Positions 39,588-49,717 of a stretch of DNA of 64,000 nt are shown here, piece after piece. The stretch lies in contig CAVVMJ010000006.1 in NCBI GenBank assembly GCA_963749445.1, forward strand, positions 10,979-74,978, in the 5' to 3' direction. The stretch is from an uncultured bacterium (GTDB taxonomy: Bacteria > Patescibacteriota > Doudnabacteria > UBA920). The position numbers were made by a program, and so were the translations under genes. The notes under the pieces were generated by a model, which saw only the letters and a program-made list of their open reading frames with translations, was not told the DNA's origin and made no database searches. Every line of letters begins with the position of its first letter. Position 1 is the stretch's first letter.

Positions 39588-39687
39588 TTGATGGGCACTT
39601 TCCTGGTTCCACAAGCGCCGGCTGATAATTATCAGTTAACGATAAATAACGGCCAGGGCTTGTCTTGTCAGCGAAGGTGCCCATCAA
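39588..39687. mobile_element. 100-bp MITE-like element
   Basis: TIR TTGATGGGCACTTTC/GAAGGTGCCCATCAA. Confidence 0.65.
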
Positions 39688-39716
39688 TCATAAACAAATA
39701 TTGAATACACAGCCCG

Positions 39717-40583
39717 ATGAAACCAATTTTAAAAAAACTCCTGAAGTCCGCCATTATAGTTATTGCAATAGTTATCGTTTTTCTCATCGGCTCCTGGGCT
39801 TGGCTGTCGTACGGCTCCTTAACCCCGGCCAAAGAAAAGGTCTTCAGCGTCTTGCCGTTTCCGGCCGCGCTGGTGGGCGGGCGGCCCGTGACCGTCAAAG
39901 CTTTTATTGGGCGATACAATCTGGCACAAAATTTTGCCGGGCAAAATACGGATAACCTCAAGGCCTCCGTCTTTGACCGCCTCATCGCGGAAAAAAAACT
40001 GGAAATCGTAGCCGCGGAAAAACACGCCAGCCCGACATCCGGCCAAATTGACCGGGAATTCAACAGCTTAAAGACCCAAAACCAAACAAACCTCAGCGCG
40101 CAATTGTCCCAATACGGCCTCACAGAATCAAACTACAAAAGCGAAGTATTAAGCGCGCAAGTCACGGCCGCCAATGTAACGGCGTGGTTTTACGGCCAGC
40201 GCGCGCTGAACAACCAAGCTTACACCCAAGCGGACCAAATTGTAAATCAATTTAACAACGGCGCATCCTTTGCCGAGCTGGCGCAAAACTTCAGCCAGGA
40301 CCAATCAACCAAAAATCTGGGAGGCGACCTGGGTTTTGTGGAGCCGGATAAAATCCTGCCGGAAGTGGCCAACGCCTTAAACAACGCCGCGGCCGGACAA
40401 ATCAAAATTATCCCAACGCGCTACGGCATTGAGTTGGTTTTTGTGGAAGACAAAGACAACCACGGCCCAAACGGTGGGCTTCGGCTCCATTTGCGGCAAA
40501 TTTTTTTGGCAGGCGGGGATTTTAACGCCTGGTACCAGCAGGAGACACAAAACCTTAAAGTCATAAAAATCGTCAATTTATAA
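39717..40583 (+). CDS. PrsA/SurA-like parvulin peptidyl-prolyl isomerase
   Basis: FAELAQNFSQD..GGDLG..TRYG. Confidence 0.85.
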   Translation: MKPILKKLLKSAIIVIAIVIVFLIGSWAWLSYGSLTPAKEKVFSVLPFPAALVGGRPVTVKAFIGRYNLAQNFAGQNTDNLKASVFDRLIAEKKLEIVAAEKHASPTSGQIDREFNSLKTQNQTNLSAQLSQYGLTESNYKSEVLSAQVTAANVTAWFYGQRALNNQAYTQADQIVNQFNNGASFAELAQNFSQDQSTKNLGGDLGFVEPDKILPEVANALNNAAAGQIKIIPTRYGIELVFVEDKDNHGPNGGLRLHLRQIFLAGGDFNAWYQQETQNLKVIKIVNL

Positions 40584-40661
40584 AATTTTGGCTTGTGGAT
40601 TAGTAAAATTCAAAATAGGTGTATAATTATTAAGGCTAATACCCTAATTAAAATAAAAACC

Positions 40662-43019
40662 ATGGAAATAGAAATTGTCAGCTACATTAAGGAAGCCCGG
40701 CAGCACGGGCTGCAAGATCAGGAAATTAAACAAAATCTGCTGGATGTCGGGTGGAATTCCGGCGAAGTGGAAGACAGTTTTTCCTACGCGCGCCTGGAAA
40801 GCAGCCCGCCGCAGCAGCGCGGGCCGTTGCCCGCCGTCGGCAATTTACCGGTTCAGCCGAGCAATGCGGCAACGCAATTTTCCCCGGCCGCAACCCAAAC
40901 CGCCAAACCGGCGGCGCAACCGGCCGGCCAAAGGCCCGCGGTTTTTCCGGCCCAGACTGCCCCGGCGGTTATGCACGTCCATTTTGCTGAACAGGATCTT
41001 AATTCCAAAGCCGGGCCCGCTGACCAACTTCAAACCCAACCGCCGGCTACGCCAAAATTTCCCGGACAACCGGCCGGTCAAACACCAAGGGAAGCGGCTT
41101 TGCCGCCGGGAACAGCTTTAAGCGACACCCATTTCGGCGGGACCAAGCCGGCCAAAAAAATTATTTTGGCGGCTATTGGAGTCATCATTCTGGCGGCGCT
41201 TGGGGCAGGCGGCTACTTTGCCTACGCCAATTTTATCAACCCCTCGCCGGCCAAAATCTGGAATAATTTTGCTGCGGCCAAAAAAAATCCCATCGGCAAA
41301 TCCGCTTTTAACATCAACTACAGCGACCCCGGGGTCGCCGATTCTTCCGGCAAAACCCAACCTTTCACTTTTTCCCTAAAAGGCACGGCCTATTCCGACA
41401 CAACCAATGCCTCCACAACGGTTGGAAATTCCGACCTCACCTTGGGTTACCAAATCCCCCAAAGTTCGCTGAGCGCCGCCCAGTCGGGCAGCGTGGAGTT
41501 TAAGCTTATGGTTTTGGGCAAGGTAATTTATGCCGATTTAAGCAACATTCCGGGAATAAGCCAGGCGGCCGGCCAGCAGATAAATTGGATAAAACTAGAT
41601 CTTGACGAGGCCGAAAAATTCGCTTCGTCCTCGCCTTTAACCGCCAGTTACAGCGCGCAATTTGACCGGCAAAAGCAGATTCAGGCCAAAATGCAGGCTG
41701 ACCTTGCCAACATTTTAAAGAACAAACAGGTGGTTACGCCGACAAAAATGCTCGGCAGCGAAACCGTCAGCGGCGTGGCGACCTACCATCTGCAAAACCA
41801 AGTGGACAAATCAGTCTTAAAAACGGCCGTCGGCGTGATTTTTGACGATGCTTACGCCTCCTCAACGCTTGCGCAAACCGCCGAAGCCGGGGCCGTCAAA
41901 CAAGTCATGATTTCGGCCATAGACAAAATCACCATCGCCGATTTTGAAACCTGGACCGGCAAAAAAGATTCCCAACTCTACAAAATCCACCTTGACCTAA
42001 AATTTCCCGGAGTGGCTTCCTGGGCCGACGGCGCCGGCAACCCTTTGGGTATTGCCCGCTCGGATTCCCGCGACGCCAAAAGAATCGCCGATGTCAGGCA
42101 AATGGCCGCGGCACTGGAGCTCTACTACAATGACCACAACGGCTATCCTGCCTCCCAAAACGGCCAGGCAATCGGCATTGCGCCAAAATACATCGGTTCC
42201 CAGCCTGTCGCGCCACAGCCTAGCGACGGGGACTGCAGCGACTATTATAACGCCTACTGGTACTTGGCCGGCGGCACACCAACGACCAATAACGGTTTAC
42301 TGGTTTATCCATCCTATACTTTGACATTCTGCCTGGGCGGCGCGACCGGCAGCTATCCGCCCGGGCTGGCCAAACTTACGCCTGAAGGCATACAGGGCGG
42401 CGTCGTTTGCAATGACACTCCGGCCAACTGCCACAAACAGGCCGATGTCCAGCAACCGGCGCCCGATAACAAGCCCGCGCCGCAGGCTGACTTGACTTTT
42501 GACGCCACCTACTCGGACTACGGCAAAAAAGAAACCGTAACCGCCCCGGCCAACGCGCTTGACCTTATCCAATACATCCAACAACAAATGGGGTCGGGAA
42601 TGTCGGCCCTGACGCCGACAGGCAGTTTGCCGAACCAGGGGATTGACGATTCAAAACTGGAAGGGCAAAGCCAGTCTCTAGATAGCAAACGGCTAGCCGA
42701 TATGGAACAGCTTGCGAGTGCTTTGGAACTTTATTATAACGATAAAAATCAATACCCGAATTCTTTGAACGATTTAGTTCCAAAATACATAGCTCAAGTC
42801 CCGACTGCACCGGTGCCGCCAGGGGGAAATTGCAATGCTACGCAAAACAGTTACAATTATTCGGTTTCCGATCACTATACGACTACAGGACCAACCGGAA
42901 AAACAATAAATTCCAACCCCTCCCCAAACAGCAACTACGAAATATCTTTTTGTTTAGGCGGCCCAACCAGCAGTTACAACCCGGGTATACACTCGGTAAG
43001 CCCGTTTGGCATAAAGTAG
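40662..43019 (+). CDS. Membrane-anchored protein with two GspG/pilin-like domains
   Basis: RDAKRIADVRQMAAALELYYND..YP and DSKRLADMEQLASALELYYND..YP. Confidence 0.7.
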   Translation: MEIEIVSYIKEARQHGLQDQEIKQNLLDVGWNSGEVEDSFSYARLESSPPQQRGPLPAVGNLPVQPSNAATQFSPAATQTAKPAAQPAGQRPAVFPAQTAPAVMHVHFAEQDLNSKAGPADQLQTQPPATPKFPGQPAGQTPREAALPPGTALSDTHFGGTKPAKKIILAAIGVIILAALGAGGYFAYANFINPSPAKIWNNFAAAKKNPIGKSAFNINYSDPGVADSSGKTQPFTFSLKGTAYSDTTNASTTVGNSDLTLGYQIPQSSLSAAQSGSVEFKLMVLGKVIYADLSNIPGISQAAGQQINWIKLDLDEAEKFASSSPLTASYSAQFDRQKQIQAKMQADLANILKNKQVVTPTKMLGSETVSGVATYHLQNQVDKSVLKTAVGVIFDDAYASSTLAQTAEAGAVKQVMISAIDKITIADFETWTGKKDSQLYKIHLDLKFPGVASWADGAGNPLGIARSDSRDAKRIADVRQMAAALELYYNDHNGYPASQNGQAIGIAPKYIGSQPVAPQPSDGDCSDYYNAYWYLAGGTPTTNNGLLVYPSYTLTFCLGGATGSYPPGLAKLTPEGIQGGVVCNDTPANCHKQADVQQPAPDNKPAPQADLTFDATYSDYGKKETVTAPANALDLIQYIQQQMGSGMSALTPTGSLPNQGIDDSKLEGQSQSLDSKRLADMEQLASALELYYNDKNQYPNSLNDLVPKYIAQVPTAPVPPGGNCNATQNSYNYSVSDHYTTTGPTGKTINSNPSPNSNYEISFCLGGPTSSYNPGIHSVSPFGIK

Positions 43020-43028
43020 ACATCATCT

Positions 43029-43062
43029 AAAGGACCGCCCTTACAGCAAGGGCGGTCCTTTC
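43029..43062 (+). terminator. Terminator hairpin
   Basis: AAAGGACCGCCCTT..AAGGGCGGTCCTTT. Confidence 0.75.
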
Positions 43063-43093
43063 TGATTGAGCGGATTTCAGCTATAATAAACTT

Positions 43094-43996
43094 ATGAAAA
43101 TCGGAATTTTTGACTCCGGCCTAGGCGGGTTGGTAATTGCCAAAGCTATTTTTTCCGCCAAAGGCTCGCCTCGCATTCGCGAGAGCGAAGCGGGCGGACC
43201 CGCCTCTCATTCGAGTCCGAGCGATGCTCGTCCCTCAGAGTCGAGGACCGGCGGGAAAAACTTATCCGCCTATGATTACATCTACTTGGGCGACACCAAG
43301 CGCCTGCCATACGGCAACCGGTCGGCGGATGAAGTTTATAAATTTACCCGCAACGCGGTTAAGTATCTTTTTGACCGTAATTGCCAGCTGGTAATTTTAG
43401 CCTGCAACACAGCCTCGGCTTTGGCATTGCGGAAAATCCAGCAGGAATTTTTGCCCAAGTTTTATCCTGAAAGGCGCGTGCTGGGCGTAGTCATTCCGAC
43501 TTTGGAAGAAGCGGATAAAAATCACAAACAAAAAATCATCGGGGTAATCGGCACGGCAGCAACTATCCGCTCCCATATATATAAGAAAGAACTGATGAAA
43601 ATTGACCCCAACGCAAAAATTATTGAGCTGGCAACGCCAAAATTAGTGCCACTAATTGAACAAAATGCTTTACAAAAGGCAGAAAATGCCTTAAAATTAT
43701 ACTTAAAGCCGCTTCAAAAACAGGGGATTGGAGCGCTGATTTTAGGTTGTACCCATTACCCGATTTTAGCGCGGCAGATAAAAAAAATCGTCGGCAAAAA
43801 AATTAAAGTCGTTTCGCAAACCGACTTTCTTCCAAACAAACTCGGCGACTATTTAAAACGGCATCCGGAAATAAACAGCAAGCTGTCAAAAAGCCGTAAG
43901 CGACTATTTTTGGTAACCAATTATAATCACAAATTCGGCGAAGTGGCAAAGAGGTTATTTGGAAGAAGTTTGGAGTTTAAGGTTGTAAGTTTATAA
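43094..43996 (+). CDS. murI: Glutamate racemase with in-frame palindromic insertion
   Basis: IGIFDSGLGGL; PYG; ACNTAS; LGCTHYP. Confidence 0.95.
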   Translation: MKIGIFDSGLGGLVIAKAIFSAKGSPRIRESEAGGPASHSSPSDARPSESRTGGKNLSAYDYIYLGDTKRLPYGNRSADEVYKFTRNAVKYLFDRNCQLVILACNTASALALRKIQQEFLPKFYPERRVLGVVIPTLEEADKNHKQKIIGVIGTAATIRSHIYKKELMKIDPNAKIIELATPKLVPLIEQNALQKAENALKLYLKPLQKQGIGALILGCTHYPILARQIKKIVGKKIKVVSQTDFLPNKLGDYLKRHPEINSKLSKSRKRLFLVTNYNHKFGEVAKRLFGRSLEFKVVSL

Positions 43997-44004
43997 GTTT
44001 AACC

Positions 44005-44124
44005 GCAGAGCTCTCTCCTCTTGAGGAGAGATGTCCCGACTTCAGTCGGGACAGAGAGGTTGCAGTAATCGGCGATGGATACAACCTCTCCCCAACCCTC
44101 CCCTCAGGAGGGGAGGGGGCTCCG
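44005..44124. repeat. CCCTCC/GGAGGG bipartite palindromic element; related copies at 46748-46881 and 53497-53635, intragenic at 50367-50502 and 51316-51445
   Basis: GCGGAGC/GCTCCGC ends with CTCCTCC..GGAGGAG and CCAACCACCCC..CCCCTCC..GGAGGG hairpins. Confidence 0.75.
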
Positions 44125-44142
44125 AGATTTTGCAAATAACAC

Positions 44143-44218
44143 GCCGACGTAGCTCAATTGGTAGAGCAACGGTATCGTAAACCGTAGGTTATCGGTTCAA
44201 TTCCGATCGTCGGCTCCA
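44143..44218 (+). tRNA. tRNA-Thr(CGT)
   Basis: Cloverleaf GCCGACG..CGTCGGC-T-CCA; anticodon arm ACGGT-ATCGTAA-ACCGT; GGTTCAATTCC. Confidence 0.95.
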
Positions 44219-44306
44219 TAAGTGATTGATATCAAAATGTCAAGCCACTCAATTTTAACCGGTCTTGACAAGACCGTCTATTTCCAACATCATTAAAACA
44301 GTTTGA

Positions 44307-44567
44307 ATGGAAAATTCGCCAAAAGAACCGGACAAACCTCCTAAGAACCCCGAGCAAAAACTGGTCGGCATACTAATGCTGGAAGCGGGGATAGAGTTTG
44401 CCTTTTTAATTGCCGCGCCGCTTTTGGCCGGAGTGCTGGTTGGCAAATGGCTAGATGACAAATATCATCATAATTTCTTCGTGATTATCGGGATTTTAGC
44501 CGGATTAGCCATAACCTGCTTTGCGATTTACAAAAGAATTATTGATTACAAAAAGATGCTTAAATGA
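44307..44567 (+). CDS. AtpZ/AtpI-family ATP synthase accessory protein
   Basis: IAAPL..GKWLD..two TM helices; first gene of atp operon. Confidence 0.8.
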   Translation: MENSPKEPDKPPKNPEQKLVGILMLEAGIEFAFLIAAPLLAGVLVGKWLDDKYHHNFFVIIGILAGLAITCFAIYKRIIDYKKMLK

Positions 44568-44699
44568 CCGCCCTGCGGCGGTCATCCCGGATTTTTTTGC
44601 GCTGATGATTATCGCAAGCCGCAAAAAATATCCGGGATCGAAAAAATAGATTCCGGATATTTTGCAAAACATGGCAAAATTCCGGAATGACAAAAGCCT

Positions 44700-45563
44700 A
44701 TGTTAAACCTCCCGCCGCTCGCGGCTGAACCCATCTTCAATCTCTTGGGCCTGCCCGTAACCAACGCCATGATCAATGCCGTGGCGGCTTTGGCAATTTT
44801 CGTGATATTTGCTTTTTTCCTCAACCGCGGCATCAAAAAATATTATGCCGATGATCGCGCGCCCAAAGGTTTGGTGAATTTTTTTGAAACCATTTTGGAA
44901 GTTTTGCTGGCGCAAATAGATAACGTTACCAAGGACCGCAAAAAAACCCTAAAGTTCCTGCCCATTGTCGGCGGAATCTTTTTATTTATTCTGACTTCCA
45001 ACTGGCTGGGAATTTTTCCGGGGATAAGCAGCATTGTGGTCCAGCGCGGCGGCGAAGCCGTGCCGCTGCTGCGTTCGGCCAATACTGATCTCAATTTGAC
45101 TCTGGCTATGGCCGTATTTGCCGTAGTCTTGTCACATTTTGCGGGGATTATTACTATCGGCTTTTTTAAATATGCCAACAAGTTTATAAAGCTGGGCGAT
45201 ATCTACCGGGCCGTAAAATCCTTAAGCCCGATGAACATTTTGGTCGCGATAATTGAATTTTTTGTGGGACTTTTGGAAATTATTTCCGAAATTGCCAAAA
45301 TGGTTTCTTTGTCACTCCGGTTATTCGGCAACATTTTCGCCGGCGAGGTTTTACTCACGGTCATCGGGTCCTTGATTGCCGGCTATGGTGCCTTTTTTAT
45401 TCCGCTGCCATTTATGGCTTTGGAGCTGTTAGTCGGCATCATTCAAGCTATGGTATTTTCCATTTTGACCCTAGTCTATTTAACCATTGCCACGGCCCAA
45501 ATCCAGGAGCATACCGAAATTAACCATCACGAAATTGAAGTTGACGAGGTGGAAGCGATATAG
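44700..45563 (+). CDS. atpB: F0 subunit a
   Basis: SLSLRLFGNIFAGE; IQAMVF. Confidence 0.95.
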   Translation: MLNLPPLAAEPIFNLLGLPVTNAMINAVAALAIFVIFAFFLNRGIKKYYADDRAPKGLVNFFETILEVLLAQIDNVTKDRKKTLKFLPIVGGIFLFILTSNWLGIFPGISSIVVQRGGEAVPLLRSANTDLNLTLAMAVFAVVLSHFAGIITIGFFKYANKFIKLGDIYRAVKSLSPMNILVAIIEFFVGLLEIISEIAKMVSLSLRLFGNIFAGEVLLTVIGSLIAGYGAFFIPLPFMALELLVGIIQAMVFSILTLVYLTIATAQIQEHTEINHHEIEVDEVEAI

Positions 45564-45675
45564 GTAAATGGTTATAGGTTATAGAAACCAGTATAGTTGT
45601 AAGTAGTAAGTTATAGGTTACTTAAACCCATAAACTTATTACCAAACTGGTTTCCATAACTTATAACTATTAACT
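45562..45675. repeat. GTTATAG/CTATAAC heptamer-periodic palindrome
   Basis: GGTTATAGGTTATAGAAACCAGT..ACTGGTTTCCATAACTTATAACT. Confidence 0.65.
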
Positions 45676-45737
45676 CACACAAGGCGACATTAAACAATAA
45701 TATAAACTGTCGACCAACTGTGAAAAGAAGGAAACTT

Positions 45738-45959
45738 ATGGAACCGCAAGCAGTGCTTAACCTGGCCAAAGCTTTGGCCATTGCCGTCGGCGGATTCGCG
45801 CCGGCCTTAGCCATCGGCCGCATCGCCGGCAAAGCCATGGAAAGCATCGGCCGCAACCCCGAAAGCACGGACAAAATCTTTGTCCCGATGCTGCTCGGTA
45901 TGGCGTTTGCCGAAGCCATCGCGATTTATGCGCTAGTCGTCACCTTTACATTAAAATAG
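45738..45959 (+). CDS. atpE: F0 subunit c
   Basis: IGRNPE; AFAEAIAIY. Confidence 0.95.
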   Translation: MEPQAVLNLAKALAIAVGGFAPALAIGRIAGKAMESIGRNPESTDKIFVPMLLGMAFAEAIAIYALVVTFTLK

Positions 45960-45961
45960 CG

Positions 45962-46011
45962 TGTAGCGCGCCCAATTTATTGGGCTGCAGCCGATAAATC
46001 GGCACGCTACA
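45962..46011. repeat. GTAG-type REP doublet; also 47311-47370 and in murD 28344-28395
   Basis: TGTAGCGCGCC..TTTAT..GCCGATAAATCGGCACGCTACA. Confidence 0.85.
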
Positions 46012-46183
46012 TTAGGTTTTAGAACTGATGATTGTCGCTTTGACGATCATCAGGATTTACAACTTAAAATACCTCTACTAAATACTAAAGTATACTAAAA
46101 GTACGAAATACGAAACAGAAGTTAGCTAGTTTAGTATTTAGTATATTTAGTACCTTTTAGTATTTAGTAGAAGAATATAACCC

Positions 46184-46738
46184 ATGAACATGCTTGATAT
46201 TCTCATCCCCATTGCCCGCGCCGCGGACGAAGCCGCCAACTCCGGCAGTCCGGTCGCGGTGCTGGGGCTGAACGCAAAACTGTTTATTGCCCAGCTGATT
46301 AACTTTGGCGTGGTTTTGTTTGTCTTATGGAAATGGGTGTTCACGCCGGTGGCCAAAAAACTGCAAGAGCGCACCGACCGGATTGAAAAAGCGATGAAGA
46401 ACGCGGCCTCCACGGAAAAAGAAAAACAAGAATTCGGCAAATGGAAAGAGCTGGAAATGGTTAAAGTCCGCAGCCAGTCTACGGCCATTGTTACGGCCGC
46501 GCAAAACGAAGCCGGCAAAGCCAAACAGGCAATAATGGACCAAACTAAACAAGATCAGCAAAAACTCGTTGACCAAGCCAAAGCGCAAATTGAATCGGAA
46601 AAGAATAAGTCAGTAATGGAGGCCAAAACTGAACTGGCGGATTTGGTGACGAACGCGACGGAGAAGATATTAAGGCATAAGCTGGACGCCAAGACAGATC
46701 AGCAGTTAATAAAAGAATCGTTAGCAGATGTGAAATAA
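46184..46738 (+). CDS. atpF: F0 subunit b
   Basis: QLINFGVVLFVLWKWVFTP..ERTDRI, coiled coil. Confidence 0.9.
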   Translation: MNMLDILIPIARAADEAANSGSPVAVLGLNAKLFIAQLINFGVVLFVLWKWVFTPVAKKLQERTDRIEKAMKNAASTEKEKQEFGKWKELEMVKVRSQSTAIVTAAQNEAGKAKQAIMDQTKQDQQKLVDQAKAQIESEKNKSVMEAKTELADLVTNATEKILRHKLDAKTDQQLIKESLADVK

Positions 46739-46904
46739 GCAACGCCACGGAGTTTCTCCTCCTTTCAAAGGAGGAGTACCCGCCACAGGCGGGGGAGGTG
46801 GTGAAATAAAACGCAGGCCAAACTCCAACCACCCCGTCGGCTATCGCCGCCACCCCTCCTCAGCAAGGAGGGAAGCTCCGCAGTAAGTCCTTGATGAAAT
46901 TCCT

Positions 46905-47315
46905 ATGCCCAAACTTACCTCAAACCAATACGCCCAAGCGCTGTTTGAAGCAGTTACGGAAACCCATCCCAAAGACCACGACGCGGTTTTAGATAATTTT
47001 GTGCGGATTTTGGCGCAAAACGGGGATTTGGGAAAATACGATGAAATAGACGCCGAATTCCGTAAATTAAAATTATCATCCGAAGGTATAAAAGAAGCCA
47101 AAGTGACCGTTGCAAGGGAAGCCGAGTTGAACCATCAGATCATCCAAGAATTAAACGCTGTAGTGCAGGCCACCGGCCTGCCCGCCAAGCTGGAAATCAA
47201 GCAAAAAATTGACCAATCCATAATCGGCGGCGTGGTAGTACGAGTGGACGACACGCTGATTGACGCGAGCGTAAGAACGCAGTTGAATAATTTAAATAGA
47301 GAATTAAAACTGTAG
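46905..47315 (+). CDS. atpH: F1 subunit delta, short form
   Basis: YAQALF; IIGGVVVRVDDTLIDAS. Confidence 0.88.
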   Translation: MPKLTSNQYAQALFEAVTETHPKDHDAVLDNFVRILAQNGDLGKYDEIDAEFRKLKLSSEGIKEAKVTVAREAELNHQIIQELNAVVQATGLPAKLEIKQKIDQSIIGGVVVRVDDTLIDASVRTQLNNLNRELKL

Positions 47316-47415
47316 CGCGCCGATTTATCGGCTGGATTTATTACTGCAGCCCATAAATGGGTACGCTACAAAAACATAGATTCCCGCCCTTGCGGGAATG
47401 ACAAGAAAGGAAAAT

Positions 47416-47796
47416 ATGTTTGATAATAGAAATGAAAGAGGGCTGTCCCCGGTCGATAAAATTTCGTTTGAGGCCAAAAACGGCGTTCTAAGTGGAGTAG
47501 CAAAATTTTATACAGAATGGAGAAGCCAGAGATATGGCAATCCTGGAGCAAACATACCGGAAAATCCTGATATGCCAAATTGGAAAAAGTATGCAGATAC
47601 CCAAAGAAATAAAATTGTAAATTCCATTTTAAATGAGCCAGAAACACAAAAATACACCGCAGATCCTAATTTTGATGTTTCGGATAATCAAAAGAGAGTT
47701 CGGCAGGTTATAGAAGCCATAGACTTTGAAATACAAACAGGTGTTGTTCAAAAATACGATAACCCCGAAGCTGCAAGGACAGCGAAAGGAAAATAA
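47416..47796 (+). CDS. Orphan hypothetical protein between atpH and atpA
   Basis: A-rich 126-aa ORF; RBS AAAGGA. Confidence 0.65.
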   Translation: MFDNRNERGLSPVDKISFEAKNGVLSGVAKFYTEWRSQRYGNPGANIPENPDMPNWKKYADTQRNKIVNSILNEPETQKYTADPNFDVSDNQKRVRQVIEAIDFEIQTGVVQKYDNPEAARTAKGK

Positions 47797-47802
47797 TATT
47801 TT

Positions 47803-49302
47803 ATGGCCTCAACAAACATAGTAGAACAACTAAAAAATAAAATCGCCGCGTTCCAGGCGGACGTGAGGGTAGAAAAAGTCGGGACAGTTTTGGAGGTGGG
47901 GGACGGCGTGGCACGCGTGAGCGGGCTTAAGGATGCCGCCAGTATGGAAATGTTGGATTTCGGAAACGGAGTTTTTGGCGTGGCGCTGAACCTGGAAGAA
48001 AGCGTTATCGGCTCCATCATCTTGGGCGATTATACGCATATTAAAGTCGGGGACACGGTACGTTTGACAGGAAAAATTTTGTCCGTGCCTGTCGGCGAAG
48101 CGGTTGTCGGCCGCACCGTAAGCGCGCTTGGCGAACCTAAGGATGGTAAGGGGCCGATTAAATCAGACAAATTTTATCCGACAGAAAAAATCGCGCCGGG
48201 CGTAATCACGCGCCAAAAAGTCAGCCAGCCGGTGCAAACCGGCATCAAAACCATTGACTCGCTTATTCCAATCGGCCGCGGCCAGCGAGAACTGATTATC
48301 GGCGACCGCCAAACCGGCAAGACCGCCATTGCCATAGACACCATCATCAACCAAAAAGGCCAGAATATGATTTGCGTTTACGTAGCTATTGGCCAAAAAG
48401 AAAGCAAGGTTGCCAAAATTGTCGCGGAACTGGAAAAGCACGGCGCCATGGAATACACCATTGTGGTCTCGGCTTCGGCTTCGGATCCGGCCGCTTTGTC
48501 TTATATTGCGCCGTACGCGGGTTGCGCGATGGGCGAATATTTTATGGACCAGGGTAAGGACGTGTTGGTGGTTTATGATGACCTGTCCAAGCAAGCGGTT
48601 GCTTATCGTGAGATATCACTTTTGCTCCGCCGCCCGCCGGGACGCGAAGCTTATCCCGGTGATGTGTTTTATTTACATTCCCGATTGTTGGAACGCGCCG
48701 CAAGATTAAATAAAGATTTTGGCGGCGGGTCATTAACGGCTTTGCCGATTGTGGAAACCCAGGCCGGCGACGTTACCGCTTACATTCCCACTAATGTGAT
48801 TTCAATTACTGATGGACAGATATTTTTGGAAACCGATTTATTCTATAAAGGCATCCGCCCGGCATTAAACGTCGGCATTTCCGTTTCGCGCGTCGGCGCA
48901 GCCGCGCAGACAAAAGCGATGAAGAAAGTCGCCGGCAAATTAAAACTACAATTGGCGCAATTCCGCGAATTGGAAGCCTTTGCGCAGTTTGGCTCCGATC
49001 TAGACCCCGAAACCCAAAGGCAACTTGACCTTGGCCGCCGCATGACCGAAGTCCTAAAACAGCCGCAATACACGCCTTTTGCCTTGGAAAAAGAAGTTAC
49101 AGTCCTTTACGCGGTCAACAACGGCTACTTTAATCCAATTCCCGTTGAAAAAATGGCGGAAACCGAGAGCAAATTTCACCAGTATATGTCCACCCAAGCC
49201 AAAGACGTCCTGGAAGAAATCCGCACCACCCGCGAACTCTCCGACTCCACGGAAGCCAAATTAAAAAAGGCAATTGAACAGTTTGTGCAGACGGTAAAAT
49301 AA
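47803..49302 (+). CDS. atpA: F1 subunit alpha
   Basis: GDRQTGKT; [21 protein letters not shown]. Confidence 0.98.
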   Translation: MASTNIVEQLKNKIAAFQADVRVEKVGTVLEVGDGVARVSGLKDAASMEMLDFGNGVFGVALNLEESVIGSIILGDYTHIKVGDTVRLTGKILSVPVGEAVVGRTVSALGEPKDGKGPIKSDKFYPTEKIAPGVITRQKVSQPVQTGIKTIDSLIPIGRGQRELIIGDRQTGKTAIAIDTIINQKGQNMICVYVAIGQKESKVAKIVAELEKHGAMEYTIVVSASASDPAALSYIAPYAGCAMGEYFMDQGKDVLVVYDDLSKQAVAYREISLLLRRPPGREAYPGDVFYLHSRLLERAARLNKDFGGGSLTALPIVETQAGDVTAYIPTNVISITDGQIFLETDLFYKGIRPALNVGISVSRVGAAAQTKAMKKVAGKLKLQLAQFRELEAFAQFGSDLDPETQRQLDLGRRMTEVLKQPQYTPFALEKEVTVLYAVNNGYFNPIPVEKMAETESKFHQYMSTQAKDVLEEIRTTRELSDSTEAKLKKAIEQFVQTVK

Positions 49303-49448
49303 CCCGCCCGACGTGTCCATCCCGGAATTTTTTGCGCAGATGGTTATCGTGAGCCGCAAAAAATATCCGGGATCCAGACTTAAGCTCGTCTCTGGATCCC
49401 GGCTCTCGGCTGCACTTGGCCGGGATGGAACGATTAAGATTTAAAAAT

Positions 49449-49715
49449 ATGTCGGAAGACTTTAGGAAAAAACTATCAAGCGCATCAAAGGAGTTGGGGA
49501 TAGAACCAACACCAGAAGGCCAAGAACCGATTATTGGAATTGGTAATAGAATTAGTTTTTTTATTTCCGCCCCAACAGGTGCCGGACGTTATCAAGAACA
49601 TGGAATTATTACAAGCAAACGAACAGATGAAAACGGAACTTTTATTACCCTGGATGATAGGAAGCAGATAGAATTTAGGGTAGAATCAATGGAAGAACTA
49701 AAAAAGATTCAATAA
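49449..49715 (+). CDS. Orphan hypothetical protein between atpA and atpG
   Basis: 88-aa A-rich ORF ending 2 nt before the atpG start. Confidence 0.6.
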   Translation: MSEDFRKKLSSASKELGIEPTPEGQEPIIGIGNRISFFISAPTGAGRYQEHGIITSKRTDENGTFITLDDRKQIEFRVESMEELKKIQ

Positions 49716-49717
49716 TT

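Noticed and set aside
15069-39629. Exact 15-bp match GCGCCGGCTGATAAT at 15069 and 39615
   Set aside because: About one or two such matches are expected by chance in 64 kb, and the flanks are unrelated.
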